64,000 nucleotides of DNA from Heteronotia binoei (taxonomy: Eukaryota), in assembly GCF_032191835.1 (NCBI RefSeq), contig NC_083224.1:62434001-62498000 (forward strand), in the 5' to 3' direction. This document shows positions 48,056 through 61,102 of this stretch, one piece after another. Every line of letters begins with the position of its first letter. The first letter of the stretch is position 1. The translations under genes and the position numbers were made by a program. The notes under the pieces were generated by a model. The model did no database searches. It was not told where the DNA came from and saw only the letters and a list, made by a program, of their open reading frames with translations.

Positions 48056-48889
48056 GCACCCGGATGAGCCAAAGCCGTCAATCCTGCTGCTCCCTCCTTC
48101 CGAGCAGGCAAAGACGGCCCCCAGCCTAAACGCCGGCGATGCCGGCTTGGCTGGGAAGGGGCTGGACCTTTCAACTGGCTGAATAATAGTGAACTGTTCT
48201 GAATATGTGAATTAAATTCTGACAAGCAAATTATCAGTTGCTTTTTGTTCATACAGAGAGTGGATGCAGATGACCATTTACTTTCCCACTTATTTGCACA
48301 CAAATTATTTGCCAGTTTTTGCCCTTCTGTTTTTTTAAAAAAAGTTCCCCCAGGCCATGGTCAGACGTACCATATAATCCATCAGCAAGGTGCTCCTGTT
48401 TTGTCCGTCCTTATTTGAAACGTTGTTGCCCAATCAGACATCTTCAACATAATCCGCCTTGCAGACTGCCTGTCCCGTCATTGACTGATTAGATGGCCCA
48501 TGCACATGTGCATAAAAACTGCCGCTGATTGGTTCAACCTCGTAGGGACTATTTTCTAGAAGCATGGACTAAATAATGATTGTGTCACAAAATTCAACCC
48601 CCCAAAATTAAAAAGAAACATTTACAGTTGCTCAGAATGCAACTGTTGTGGTGCTTAAGGCACCCAAGAGCCCCTGCCACCTTTCGCTGATTCTGAGGTT
48701 ATGCGTGTATAGCTAAGATTTTTTAAAAATGGCACTGATCTGGGATGCATGTTGAGATGACTTGCTAACACTGGTGCGATCAGACAGGGAAAATCCATTT
48801 TTGGCTCGTCATCAAATATTTAAGACTGGCCTTTATCCACTATCAAAAAAGTCCGACAGTAAGTCGCAGCATGATGGGATACCCACAAC

Positions 48890-49088
48890 CGGGGCTTTCT
48901 TTGTAGAAAAAGCCCAGCAGGAACTCATTTGCATATTAGGCCGCACCCCCTGACATCACCATTGTTTCACATAGGGCTTTTTGTAGAAAAAGCTCAACAG
49001 GGCCTCATTTGCATATTAAGCCACACCCCTGGCACCAAGGCAGCCAGAACTGCGTTCCTGTGTGTTCCTGCTCAAAAAGAAGCCCTGC
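48890..49088. mobile_element. hAT MITE (same family as 35338-35536)
   Basis: GGGGCTTTCTTTGTAG / CTCAAAAAGAAGCCCTG ends; two CATTTGCATATTA units. Confidence 0.7.
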
Positions 49089-51414
49089 CCACAACTCACC
49101 GACTACTCCCAGATGTTGTCATATGGACGTGCACTTTAAATCCAAAGAGCATTTGCTGCTGTGTTGGATAAAAATGTACGTCCGACTGCAGCCCCAGTGT
49201 TTTTTCCAGATCACTCTGGTCTGGAAACCGCCCCCCCCCCCCGGAAAATCAATGAAAAATCAGGAGAACAATTACCAGCTGACAACACTGTGTGCAAGGG
49301 AGGTAGGAAAGTGATGAAGTTAAGAAGCCAAACTGCTGCAAAAACCTGGTGTAGAAAAGTCCCAAGGGGTAGCTAGGCTTGCTCTACCTGTGTTCCTGGA
49401 ATTCTGAGAACCGGAAAACCAGAACTGCTGATATATTGTTTATTCAGGGAAGGTGTTTGTGCTTGTGCATGGTAACTCTTCCCACTGGTGCTCCCTCTAA
49501 TTAATTTAAGTCTTTTTCGGGTGAAAGGCAGGTACTAGTATTGCTGACTCCAGAAATTCCTGGAGTTTGGGGGTTGCGTCTGGGGAGGGAGCTGATGCCT
49601 CCAAAGTTGCCATGTCCTTCAGGGGAACTGATCTCTGAGTCTGGAAATCAGTTGTAGTGCCAGAAGAACTTTAGTTCCTAACTAGAGGTTGGTGGTCCTA
49701 GCAGGCACCCAAATTATGCCTGTCTTGATGGGGGAAATAGTGAAGGGGTTACTGTTGCCCACTCTGGTTGCACTGAAGCCCAGTTCAATATTGCCAAATA
49801 AAATATCTAGAGTTCCAGTCATGGAATCAGTTTAATATGTAGTTTGGTCCTTGGTAAATATGGGTATATAACTTATTTGACATGATGCCCCTGTCCACTT
49901 CCCAATCTTGGAAGCAAGATTTCTCCTCCATTTTTCTTTCCCTTTTGTGACTAAACTACCCTAATTGTCTGTTTTCTTCTTTCCTGAAGAATTGGCTGTC
50001 TCACCCCATCACAAGATAATAATTTGGTTGTTTGGTCAGTCCAGGAACCTGAGGGAAGGAATAGGAGTTCCCTTTAACTTGTATAACTTGTCTTGGATTG
50101 CTGAATAAAAAAATTAAAATGATGGGGAGAATGTTTAAAAGGACTTCCATGAGGTTTATTTCCCTGCTGGTACTGACTTGAAAGGGGCGAATTGGAGAGG
50201 AGGCAAACAGTGCAAAAATAGAATGAAAAAGCTTTCAGTGCTGCATGTAAAAAAAATAAGAGGGGATTGTCAGTGTGGAATGAATTTAAATTGCATTCAA
50301 GTCATTTTTATATTCCAAATTAACAAAATATTTTATTCAACATAGGGGGAAGGGTCAGGTAAAATGAAGGGTAAAATTTCTGAGATAACCCTCCCCCCAT
50401 TTTTTTTTTCAATTTAGTAGCACAAGATTTAAAAAGCTCTCCAGAGCTTCTGCTAAAGGACTCTTTCCCTATACTTTTCAGCCCTGTGCAAAACGTGGTG
50501 GAGTTGCAGCTGATTTTGCATAGGCACATGTGTGCACATACACACACATTGCCAACAATCACAGTCTGCAATGCCAGTGGGTTCTGCCTTGCATTCTGTA
50601 TACTCATCATGTTTCCCCATATTAGATCATGTGACTCTTTCCCATTTTTCACAGTGGCCAATAACATAGCAGACAATCCCCTAGAGTTTAGCAATATGGA
50701 AAAGGGGGCTGTACAGCTGCTTGTGAGTTGTAGAAAAGTCTGGTCAGTTACAACAATGGGTTTTCCCCATTTGCCCAGTTCCTTTCTGAAACCTGAACCA
50801 CAAGGATTTTAATGGAAGGTGCTTGCTGGACACTACTGCACTGCTGTGATAGGACAATTGTATAAATTTTTAATGCACTCCCACATGCCACAAGTGATGT
50901 TCAACCCCAATTTAGTAAAGTGCATTTTAAAATCATAGCTGCAGAATAAATTCACTGGAGGAAATAGAATGGAGTGTAAGGTGAGCACAGGATCCGAAGT
51001 CAAGAGTAAAGGCTTACTGCTCTGAAAATCTGCAATACGAAGTGGCCATGGATAACTCTGAGGTAAAATCTGTACATCTATAGGCTTTAGTTTTTATGGT
51101 GCTAGTGGCTCCAAAGTGACATGACCCCTAAACAAATATACAAACAGAGAGAGCTGCACCCCAAAACAATCTATGGATCACCACAGATCATACAGCCACA
51201 CACTCTGGAGACTGTCCTCTACAAGGATCCATGCATTGATTCATAGTTCTGTCACCTAAAGCTCATATTAGAACCACCTAGATTCATAATTTCCACTGGT
51301 ATCCTTTGGTATCATAAGTCCAGCCTATCAATCATGAAAATATTAATGTCATTTATTATTGTATATGAAACCCTCTGCAATCTAGAGTTAGTTATTTTAT
51401 TTATTTACAAAACT

Positions 51415-51655
51415 GTATGCTGCCTGATGAGTTGGATTTATATCCCACCCTTCACTTGGAGTCTCAGAGCAGCTTACACATTCCTTCCCCTCCTTTCCCC
51501 ACAACAGATACCCTGTGAGGTAGGTGGGGCTGAGAGAGCTATGAGAGAACTGTGACTAGCCCAAGGTCACCCAGCTGACTGCATGTGGAGGAGTGGGGGA
51601 TCAAACTTGGTTCTCCAGATTAGCGTCTGCAGCCCTTAACCACTGGACCAAACTA
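51415..51655 (-). mobile_element. tRNA-derived SINE (Squam3-like)
   Basis: Reverse match to 14552-14792; AGTGGTTAAG and TTTGATCCCCC boxes on minus. Confidence 0.72.
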
Positions 51656-52205
51656 GTTCTCAGTGGGGTCACATATGCAACTAACAGTTAAAACAAAACA
51701 ATATAAAACATACAATGAAATCAATCCATAAAAAGTAATTCCAAACGTACATGTTAAAAGCATATACAACAGTCATTACAACGTAAGGCAAGAAGGAGTA
51801 ATCCTTGACAATACACTAGATAGAACAATTTATTTATTTATTTGATTTATATCCCACCCTCCCCGCCAAAGCAGGCTCAGGGTGGCTCACAATATAAAAT
51901 CACAACAAACAATTAAAATCAATACATATTATGAAATTACACATTCAGTAGTTAAAAACAGACAGAATTAATTTGGTGCTAATCTCTACGATATTATATG
52001 TTTTTCATTGGCGACAGTAGTTCTTCAGATTTCCTACAATATAGACTCCACTTCAGTTGAACGCCAACCAGAAGAGAGCGGTCTTACAGGCCTTGTGGAA
52101 CTGGACAAGGTTCTTCAAGGCCCTCACTTCTTCTGGCAGTTGATTCCACCAGTAGGGATCTGCGATCGGGAAGGCCCTCTCTCTAGTGATCTTTAATTTG
52201 GCCTC

Positions 52206-52470
52206 TGTAATGTACTGAGTCGCGAGACGAGTTGAAGGAAACATACTTTATTCGGTGGTACATTACAAGAGAGAGAGCACGCGGGCCGGGTCCCGCTTAT
52301 ATACATTACCCGGAACAGACCCCTCGACTGGCCAGACCAATCCCGGCCAGTCAAACTTCCCGCCATAGATCTTGATGGGCGGGACGTCTGGCGAGCCACA
52401 TCCGGGGTCCCGTAGGTCGCTGTTAGCAGCGATCGCCATGCGGTACACAGCTTATGTTCAATACATAACA
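52206..52470 (-). mobile_element. Solo LTR, 265 bp
   Basis: TG...CA termini; perfect 5-bp TSD GCCTC (52201-52205, 52471-52475); TATATAA then AATAAA on minus; removing it restores the L2 frame PGPKEA|KLKITRERAF. Confidence 0.92.
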
Positions 52471-52576
52471 GCCTCCTTCGGCCCAGGGATTACTAATAGA
52501 TGTTGATATCCAGATTGAAGTACCCTCTGGGGAATGTGTGGGGAGAGATGGTCCCTAACGTAGGCAGGTCCTAGGC

Positions 52577-52713
52577 CAGGGGTGGCCAACGGTTGCTCTC
52601 CAGATGTTTTTTGCCTACAACTCCCATCAGCCCCAGCCAGCATGGCCAATGGCTGGGGCTGATGGGAGTTGTAGGCAAAAAAACAACTGGAGAGCTACCG
52701 TTGGCCACCCCTG
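52577..52713. mobile_element. Palindromic hAT (Charlie-like) MITE, 137 bp
   Basis: Near-perfect hairpin CAGGGGTGGCCAACGGT...ACCGTTGGCCACCCCTG; TSD TCCTAGGC / GCCTAGGC. Confidence 0.9.
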
Positions 52714-53452
52714 GCCTAGGCCATATAGGGCTTTAAAGGTAATAACCAGCACCTTGTAACAAATCCAGTATACTATTGGTAGCCGGTGCAGTTCTCGCAG
52801 TCCCGGCTGTATGTGCTCCCACCTGGGAAGTCCCAATAACAGCCTGGCCACTGTGTTCTGCACTAGCTGTAGTTTCCAGGTTCGGCACAAGGGCAGCCTC
52901 ATGTAGAGGGCATTACAGTAGTCCAATCTCGAGGTGACCGTTGCATGGATCACTGTTGCTAGGTCGCCGTGCTCCAGGAAGGGAACAAACTGCCTTGCCC
53001 GCCTAAGATGGAAAAAAACGGATTTAGCAGTGGCTGCTATCTGGGCCTCCATTGTCAAGGCAGGCTCCAGCAGCACCCCCAAACTTCTGACTTTGTGCGC
53101 CATTGTCAGTGGTGCACCATCGAATGCTGGTAAGGGAATTTCCCTACCCAGACCACCGTGACTCAGGCAAAGGACCTCTGTCTTCAATGGATTCTGTGAT
53201 CACCCTCTGGCAGAAGACAGTGACAGAAGGCAGGGGCACTTGAAGCAGGGTCTTGGAAAATGACCTTCACGGTAGGGTAAGTTCACATGGGAGTAGATGA
53301 GCCCTGAAATGAATTGGTAGTCAGCATAGATCGGCCCAGGAGTGAAGCGATATGGTCCCTACCACCCACTACATTTACCATCCTGGCTGTAGCAGTCTGT
53401 AACAGTTGAATTTTCCAAGTAGCTATGATTCTGCATCCTTTTCTTAAAAATT

Positions 53453-54170
53453 TGTTATGCTGTCATCACAATTTTTGTGCACATTTGTGCAGTACTTTCA
53501 GATTACCCTTAATATTTCTGGCTGATTTGTGAATAAGGAAGCAAGAAATGCCAATAAGACACTGAGAACCAGGAACCGGCTTCATTTGCATCTTCTATGA
53601 CCAGAGAAGTGAGATTGCAGTAAGGAGAGGAAACTGGATAAAATTGCCCCCAAAGGAGTCCAACAGGTAGAAGCGGGAAGAATAGGGATTTTGACCAGTT
53701 CACCTGGGTCATTGCAGCATCTACCTATACCTGGCAGACCCCTTGTTCCGGCAGAACATACCTTGTTTATTGGAGGGGGAAGTGGGGGAATACATTTTGA
53801 GGGGTTCACAGGAGGGGGAAGTGGGGGAATAGCCATTCTTATTAACTCCTTGCAGTCTTAGTTTGTTAAAGCCAAGCCTGTATCCCACAGTTCTAGACAT
53901 GGGGAGAGATAACTTGGTCCTGCTCCCTTGTTCAGAAAGCACCTGCAACTTGTGGGAAATAGATGCTACTACAGAGTGAATGATGTTTTCAGATGAATCT
54001 CTGGTCCTGATGTAGATTAGTGATGGATGAGACTTAATCACCTTGGTCTGATATTATTTTCTCTCTGCCCATCACTGTTTGATGGATGGCATTGCAACTC
54101 TTTTTTCCTTAACAGTATCTGTATGTGAAGCAATTGACTTCAGGAGAGTTTGTGGCTTTAGGTTGTCACA
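53453..54170 (-). mobile_element. Possible solo LTR
   Basis: TGTGAC...ATAACA-like termini on minus, AATAAA at ~53766, internal 21-bp G-rich duplication. No TSD, so weak. Confidence 0.3.
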
Positions 54171-56039
54171 CAGGTATCACAGATAATAGTTTGAAACCTG
54201 CCACTTCCAACTCTAGGTAAAAGAGTCCTTCCTGAAACTTTGGCTGGATGGTGTTTTTCTCATTCCTGACAAATGATCTGATTAAGAGGTCTTCTGCTGG
54301 TTTTATTTAAAAGAGAGGTATTTCAGCAATTGGTTTGCTGCTACTACTGCCAACTCCTTTAAGTGGAGAGAAATGTTAATGTATGAAACCTGTTTCCTAA
54401 GAGGCCCATCTCTTGCAACCAAATAGCTAAAGGGAATGTCAGGTTTAGTGCTCCGTGATCAGTGCAAAATTTCCTGGAAGTAAGGCCCCTTTTTTCAGTG
54501 TAAGCAGTTTCAGCAAGTACACTTGCAATTCAAGTGTTAGGTGCTCAATTAAGGAGACTGTGTTGGGGTCAAGATATATATGTGTGAGGGGAATCTCCTT
54601 TTAAAATATTTTTTAATTGAAGAACTGAATTTACAGTATATAATTTTTTAATTAGAACAGCTCAGTTTCACATTTTTATATAAAATAATATCCCAAATAT
54701 ATTAAATGAAACTAAATATATTGAAGTACTGATTTAATGGGAATTTCTTATTTTTCTTTCTCTTCAGTTCTTCTTTCTCCTTACTAAGTATTCTTGATCA
54801 AAATTAACAACAAAATAAACAGGATTTAACAAATTACTCAAGATCCTTATTTATATCAAAACGTCTCCACATAGTATTGAGTTTAGCCCAAGGGAGGCTT
54901 AAAGCCAAAAAAGATATGGAATAGCTGTGAAAGGCTTGCAATGCCCTCCTAACTTCAGTGGTCTTAAAGAGTATGACTACTTAGGATTTCATTGTGAGAA
55001 ATTTGACACAAAAGGATAAGACCACTGACTTATGATGCCCAACCTCATTTTCTGCCTCTCAGTCATTTTGTCCCTTTTATGGCAAGTGTCTCATATTTTG
55101 GGAGGTTTAATAGCCATTTCCTTTCCATCTCTTGGAATTCCTTAACCTTCCTCACAAAAATGCAGCTCTAAAATACTCTGGCGAGAAGCAATGATTGTTA
55201 AACAATTTTGTAATATGAATATGAAATGAAATCACTGCAGCAGAAACCTTGAAAATACACACTTCAGTATGCATCCTTGTTATGTACTGAATTTACTGTT
55301 TTGCAGTAGCTTTTGCAGGCATCTGGGCTACTGTGGAAAACACTACAGACTCTGATAGATTTAAACTCGGAACAGCAACCAATGAGCAGTCTTGGCGCAA
55401 AACATGACTGCTGTGATTTTGTATGGGAATTGGGGTGTGTGTGTTTTGATTGCATGAATATAAGCAGGGTCTCAGCCCCGCCATGTTGCTTTGGAGTTGC
55501 TAATAAAGCATGTTCCTGGTTGAACTCCTTCGTGTTGAACCCAGTATTTAACAATCCTCATGAAAAATTGAGAGGTCCAGGCTGCTCGTGCTTCTTCTTT
55601 TAAAAAAATGATCTTGAGCCATACTTTTGATTTTATAGTGCTTTCAGGTTTGAGAGCTTAGACATACCAAATTCGCTTCCATTTAGACATCTGTACTGAA
55701 TACAATACAGTCTGTACTGCTGATGGTACACACCAGATGGTGCTATTTACTTGTATTTATTACTTGTATACATATGTATTTTTAATGTGACAATAATTAC
55801 TGGAATTTTCAGTCTGCATAAGACTGCTTCCCTGCTCCCCCCCCCCCCCCGCCCCGGCTCTTGGACAGCATGAAATTTTTGTGTGCTCTGCTTGGTTTCA
55901 CATCCTTTTGCTATTGCTTGATGCAGAAGATAAACCACTGCTGCTGCCTGCAAAAGTTACTTGTGGCATATAGCCTCTTCGCTCTGTCTCTGATTAGCAC
56001 ATACTTTCCAAAACCAAATGAGCACATGAAGCTACCTTA

Positions 56040-56200
56040 TACTGAAGCAGACCATTAATCTATCTAGTATTATCTGCTGTGATGGGCAGTGACTCTCCAG
56101 GATCACAGGCAGAGATCACATATTACCTGTTTCTTTAACAAGAGATTGGGGATTGAACTTGGGACCTTTTGTATGCAAAGTGTATGCTCTACCATTGAGC
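56040..56200 (-). mobile_element. tRNA-derived SINE with CR1-type tail
   Basis: Reverse match to 25545-25730 (GAAGCTACCTTATACTGAA; GGGATTGAACTTGGGACCTT). Confidence 0.55.
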
Positions 56201-57246
56201 CAATGGTGCAGTTCAGGAACACAGTTTCAAGTGTTTAGAAAGATCAGGGTTTCTAGAACCACATAGGGGGCAACAGCACCAAAGAGTAGATCTAGATTTA
56301 ATTGCTGATATTTTTTCTATGCTTACCTCTGTTCTTTGACAGTAAAAGTCAAAGAAGTTGCAAAATTCTTATCTTCAGGCTAGGCTATCAGGTGTCTCAG
56401 GATGATACTGTTGTAGTTTGTAATGCTTGGATACCTAATTTAGCCACAGTCTTCTGCTACAGTAGACTACCAACTGTCAGCAGCAAAGGGAAGGATGAAA
56501 ACACTAAACAGATGAAAACACTTGTCAATTAGCTAAGCTTCCATCCATTGGATGAAACTTATGTTTACAATGATTTTGTTCTGAATTTTAAGTTTTGTGT
56601 AATGGAGGCTACTTCCATTTCTCTCCTCATGAAGAAAAGCATGCCCCCGCAAGATGTTGAACTCTGCCTGAGCATGACTTGTGGTACTCCTGAGGCTTTC
56701 CTGATTTAAATGAGGCTGGCTGTGGCAAGACCTTCTCGGTGGAAGCTCTGCCTGTGGCCAATCTGGAGAGGGGGTAGAGCTAAACCCCATTTTTCCTCTC
56801 TCCTTTCAGTCCTTTAATTTTTTTCATAGCTGAGTCCATCGTGCTTTGAACTGTGAAGGAGAGGTTCAGCTATGAAGGGGGGAAAGGGGGTTGGCAGGTT
56901 GTGGGGTGGCCCAGTGGGAGATTGTTGTCACTGGTGCTTCTGTGCATGCTCATGTGACAAAGAGAAAGGGGGAGGGATGATGGCAGGGTTGGGGTGTGAG
57001 GATGCTGCTGTACTTAGTGCCATTCTACTTGCTTCTGCTTTCACAGTGGGGGCACTTTTCTTTGTCTCTTTGCAGAAGCAGCTGCTATGTTAGCTGCCTT
57101 GAGTATATTACTGGGAGGGTGGGCTGTAAATCTAACAGAAAAAAAATGCTTACCCAAGGAACTTTTTACTTCTACATGCTTGTGTGACTGCATTTCTCAA
57201 ACTTTTGTTACTGTTGCCCCCTTCTAGCTAGGCTTCCCAGTCTAGC

Positions 57247-57615
57247 TAGAGTTGCCAGGGCCCTCCTGGGAATAAGTGGGGGATGAGGGGGACTTACTGG
57301 GAGTGGGAGGGAGTTCCAGCTGATGTTGCAGTGATGCATTTATGTCACTTCAGGCATGTCCTGGAAGCGATGTCATCATGTAGTGATGTCAGGGCAGCAG
57401 TCGGGCATTTGGGCAAAAACTCTATGGTAAATTTGTCATTGTCAATGTGATGATGTAACTTCTGGGTCACATCGGAAGTGATGTAGTCCCATTGTTGCAA
57501 TATTTACTTGGCCTTGCTCATTTTTCAGGTAGGTCCTCCCCTGCCACCGAGCTGATTGGTGGTGGGGCCTGGCAGTGGGGTATCCCCACCTCCATCAGGG
57601 GGTCTGGCAACCCTA
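57247..57615. mobile_element. hAT MITE (TAGGGTTGC family)
   Basis: TIRs TAGAGTTGCCAG / CTGGCAACCCTA; 8-bp TSD AGTCTAGC / GGTCTAGC. Confidence 0.8.
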
Positions 57616-58567
57616 GGTCTAGCATGTATGACATACCTCTTTGTGTGCATGTAGTTGAGAACTGGAGGACTAATCCTAACAAAAGCTTTAGAAGAGAAAC
57701 AGAACAGAATCTCATAAAAGGAAACATAAGAACAAAACAGTAGCCTTATGAACCCACATATTCCTAAAAGACACTGGGATGCTTGAGCAGGCAGGGTAGA
57801 GACTCTCCCCCTGCCACAATCTTTCTTAAATTAGTAGGACTCCCCACTGGGATCATTTAATCCAACCAGACCCTGCTGATGAGTAATGCAGACAGTAGCT
57901 GCATGTGAGTGTGACAGGAAAAGCCAGGTCCTCAACTGAAGACTATAACTTGAAGCTATTGGACAGTAGGCTCATGGTTAAGATAGTCTCACCACTCAAA
58001 GTAGCATGTCTAAACTTTTTATTACTAAGCAAAGATAACGCAGGTAGTGGGACAAGTTTACGGGGATGGTGAAATAACAAAAAAAGCACAGGAAATAAAA
58101 TAAAACAGTTTCTAGCTGACTAAACACAATCAACAAGGATCTCTCTACCTGAGAGATGGATCAAGCATATTCCTTCCACAAGACATCTGGGACTGGGAAA
58201 AAGAAGGCAAAGGCTGAAGGTAAGGTGCAAGTTTGAAACTCTTATTGAAGAAGGATTTAGCCAATAAACTTACTTCATTGTGACCTTAGGATGTCCACTC
58301 ATCTCCTACAATGGTACAGGGTGTAGGGTGCAGTGAGAGAGGAAGAGATAAGTATGAGACTGGGGAGCACATCCATTGGGACCCCCCATGTTAAGAGGAA
58401 TCTAGGACAGATGGCTAAAGGGCTATATCCATATGTTGATTTCTCTCTCTTCCCCTCTTATTCAAAGGCTGAAGTGTCATTTTACATCTTGTGGAATGGT
58501 GTCTGGTGCTCTATTGCAAGCTCAAACAGGTCACTCCTGTCCCACTCATGCCTTGATGGGGCAATTG

Positions 58568-58832
58568 ACAGCCTGTTTGGTATAGTGGTTGTGTGCAGAC
58601 TCTTATCTAGGAGAACCAGGTTTGATTCCCCACTCCTCCACATACATTTGCTGATGTGACCTTGGGTCAGCCACAAGTTCTCTCAGAGCTGTTCTAATCA
58701 AGAGCAGTTTCTCTCAGAGCTCTCTCGAGATGTCTGTTGTGCGGAAGGGAAGGGAAAGGAGATTGTAAGCCACTCTGAGACTCCTTTGGATAGTGAAGGA
58801 TGGGGTATAAATCCAATCTTCTCTTCTTCAAT
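58568..58832 (+). mobile_element. tRNA-derived SINE (Squam3-like)
   Basis: A box TGGTATAGTGG, B box GGTTTGATTCCCC; CTTCTCTTCTT tail. Confidence 0.75.
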
Positions 58833-59529
58833 TGCAGGACCAGTGAAAGTGTAGACTCTGCATCCAAAAGTTGGTGATGTTAGGTGTCAAAAATGGCACA
58901 TCATTTGCATGGGTGTTTCCTAGATGTTATGTTGTCTGTAGAAGCTCTGAATCCTTGAAAAATACGGGAAGCTGTCCCATAGGTTCCTCTCAATAGAAGC
59001 CTAGACCCTTTGCCCTGCATCAGCTACTTACTAAATCTAGCTCAGTGAGCATGGTATTAGTATATGAGCTTCAGGATCTGTGCCATCTGCAAATATTCCA
59101 AAGTGTCTTTTTTATACACTGTCACAATTCAATGGAACCAGGAGAGAGTGCCTCTTGAGAATAGCTCATTTAGTTAACTGGCAATTTTTATTGCCACAGA
59201 TAGTGAGGTAATAATAAAATGTCATTTAGTCTAGATGCTAGACCTGCTTTCTAAGGAATTGGATGAAGAGGCAAACTAAACAAAATTCTAGACAAGAAGA
59301 ATGGTTCTTCTAAGCATTGTTGTTAATGCAGGAGTCTTATGGCCTTCTCCTTTGGATTGGGGCTACAATGCAGGAAGTCTAAGGAGGAAGAGCAGTAGGC
59401 CAGCCAGTTAAACTGGAGGAAGACTTTAGACTCTGCTGAGTGGAATGGTAGAATACATGCCCCTAATTCTGTAGTCTAAAGATCATCTGTAATTCTGGGG
59501 GGTTGGCAACCATTTCAAAGATGCTGTGA

Positions 59530-59826
59530 TGCAAAAGTGCAGGGTTTTGGCACCATGGTACCTGCCAAGACTTTTCCTGGTGCCCACAAAGTATTTTTAG
59601 AAAGGGGGGGGGCAGAGGGGCTTTTGCCCAGCAAGGCTTTTGGAGATTTGACTGGCCATGCAGATTTTAAAAATGTATTGCTTTGGCTGCAGCTGCCATC
59701 ACAGCACAAGGAACTTCATGGTGTGACTGAAAATAAGTCATTACAGCCATTTTATGGCTGTGCCCACAACCCCGTATCAGAATTTCAAAGGTGCCCACAG
59801 GTTCAAAAAGTTTGGGGACATCTGCA
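59530..59826. mobile_element. hAT-like MITE remnant
   Basis: GTGCCCACAGGTTCAAAAAGTTTGGGGACATCTG terminus; repeated GTGCCCAC. Confidence 0.4.
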
Positions 59827-60029
59827 GTAGTACATTGACTTCTAGTTAGGTATGCCAGGCCCATATGTGGTTATAGGTATAAGAAGGTTTACGGATCAAC
59901 AGGGCATGGGCACCTTGCCACCTCTGCATTCTTTGCATTGTTAAAGAAATAAGGATATTTCTTGAAGAACTGAAAGAAACTATTAGATTCGTAGCAGGAT
60001 CCAATCACTGTATATATTGGTAGCATACA

Positions 60030-60262
60030 GATCTTCACTCAAAATTGAAACTCCAGTTCATGCAGAACATTGCAGCTCAGCTATTATTGGGAGTTAGGTG
60101 GAGCATGCATGCTGTTCTCATTCTGTAGTCACTCAGGTGGCTGGCCACCGGTTACTGGGCTCAGTTTAAGCCTTGGCTATACATGGCTTTGGTCCATCAT
60201 ATCTGCAAGATCATCTCTCTCTCCCTATGCTTCAATGCAACAGCTTCCCTCATCTGAACAGG
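60030..60262 (+). mobile_element. Degraded L2 RT C-terminal fragment
   Basis: Resembles KLQLVQN.AA.LL...YL.DHLSPY of the 51830 copy. Confidence 0.5.
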
Positions 60263-60265
60263 GTG

Positions 60266-61102
60266 TGATGGGGTATGAACTGGCAGAGACTGATCAAGAG
60301 AGAGAGCTTGGGGTCGTGGTAGATAACTCACTGAAAATGTCAAGACAGTGTGCGATTGCAGTAAAAAAGGCAAACGCCATGCTGGGAATTATTAGGAAGG
60401 GAATTGAAAACAAATCAGCCAGTATCATAATGACCCTGTATAAATCGATGGTGTGGCCTCATTTGGAGTACTGTGTACAATTCTGGTAACCGCATCTCAA
60501 GAAAGATATTATAGCATTGGAAAAAGTGCAGAAAAGGACAACGAGAATGATTCAAGGGTTGGAACACTTTCCCTATGAAGAAAGGTTAAAACGCTTGGGG
60601 CTCTTTAGCTTGGAGAAACGTTGACTGAGGGGTGACATGATAGAGGTTTACAAGATTATGCATGGGATAGAGAAGGTAGAGAAAGAAGTACTTTTCTCCC
60701 TTTCTCACAATGCAAGAACTCATGGGCCTTCAATGAAATTGCTGAGCAGTCGTGTTAGAACGGATAAAAGGAAGTACTTCTTTACCCAAAGGGTGATTAA
60801 CATGTGGAATTCACTGCCACAGGAGGTGGTGGTGACTACAAGCATAGACAGCTTTAAGAGGGGAATGGATAAGCATATGGAGCAGAGGTCCATCAGTGGC
60901 TATTAGCCACAGTGTATTGTTGGAACTCTCTGTCTGGGGCAGTGATGCTCTGTATTCTTGTGCTTGGGGGGGCACAGTGGAAGGGCTTCTAGCCCCACTG
61001 GTGGACCTCTTGATGGCACTTAGGCTTTTTGGTCACTGTGTGACACAGAGTGTTGGACTGGATGGCCATTGGCCTGATCCAACATGGCTTCTCTTATGTT
61101 CT
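60266..61102 (+). mobile_element. 5'-truncated CR1 LINE (long 3' UTR subfamily)
   Basis: ERELGVVVDNSLKMS, LEYCVQFW, NMWNSLP; 3' UTR closely matching 35998-36250; TCTTATGTTCT tail. Confidence 0.93.

Larger units (their letters stand above)
44545..48190 (-). mobile_element. Ngaro-type retrotransposon, copy 2 (different subfamily, internal deletion)
   Basis: Homologous ORF1, RT N-terminus, SGNH and 3' terminus (ATTGCCC..AGTCGGAATGAAGAG). RT core, RNase H and YR absent; 5' boundary approximate. Confidence 0.85.
51830..53196 (-). mobile_element. 5'-truncated L2 LINE with two nested insertions
   Basis: KTEVL, V..LGVLL, HATVTSRLDYCNALY, KLQLVQN..ARLL, PYWWNQLPEEV; (TAAA)n tail. Confidence 0.9.

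Noticed and set aside
54600-54910. Possible L1/Tx1 3' end (similar hint at ~10560-10900)
   Set aside because: AT-rich with only a vague terminal peptide resemblance; too weak to call.
55264-55603. Overlapping 96-aa ORFs on both strands
   Set aside because: No recognisable domain or start context; may be conserved non-coding sequence, but that needs an alignment.
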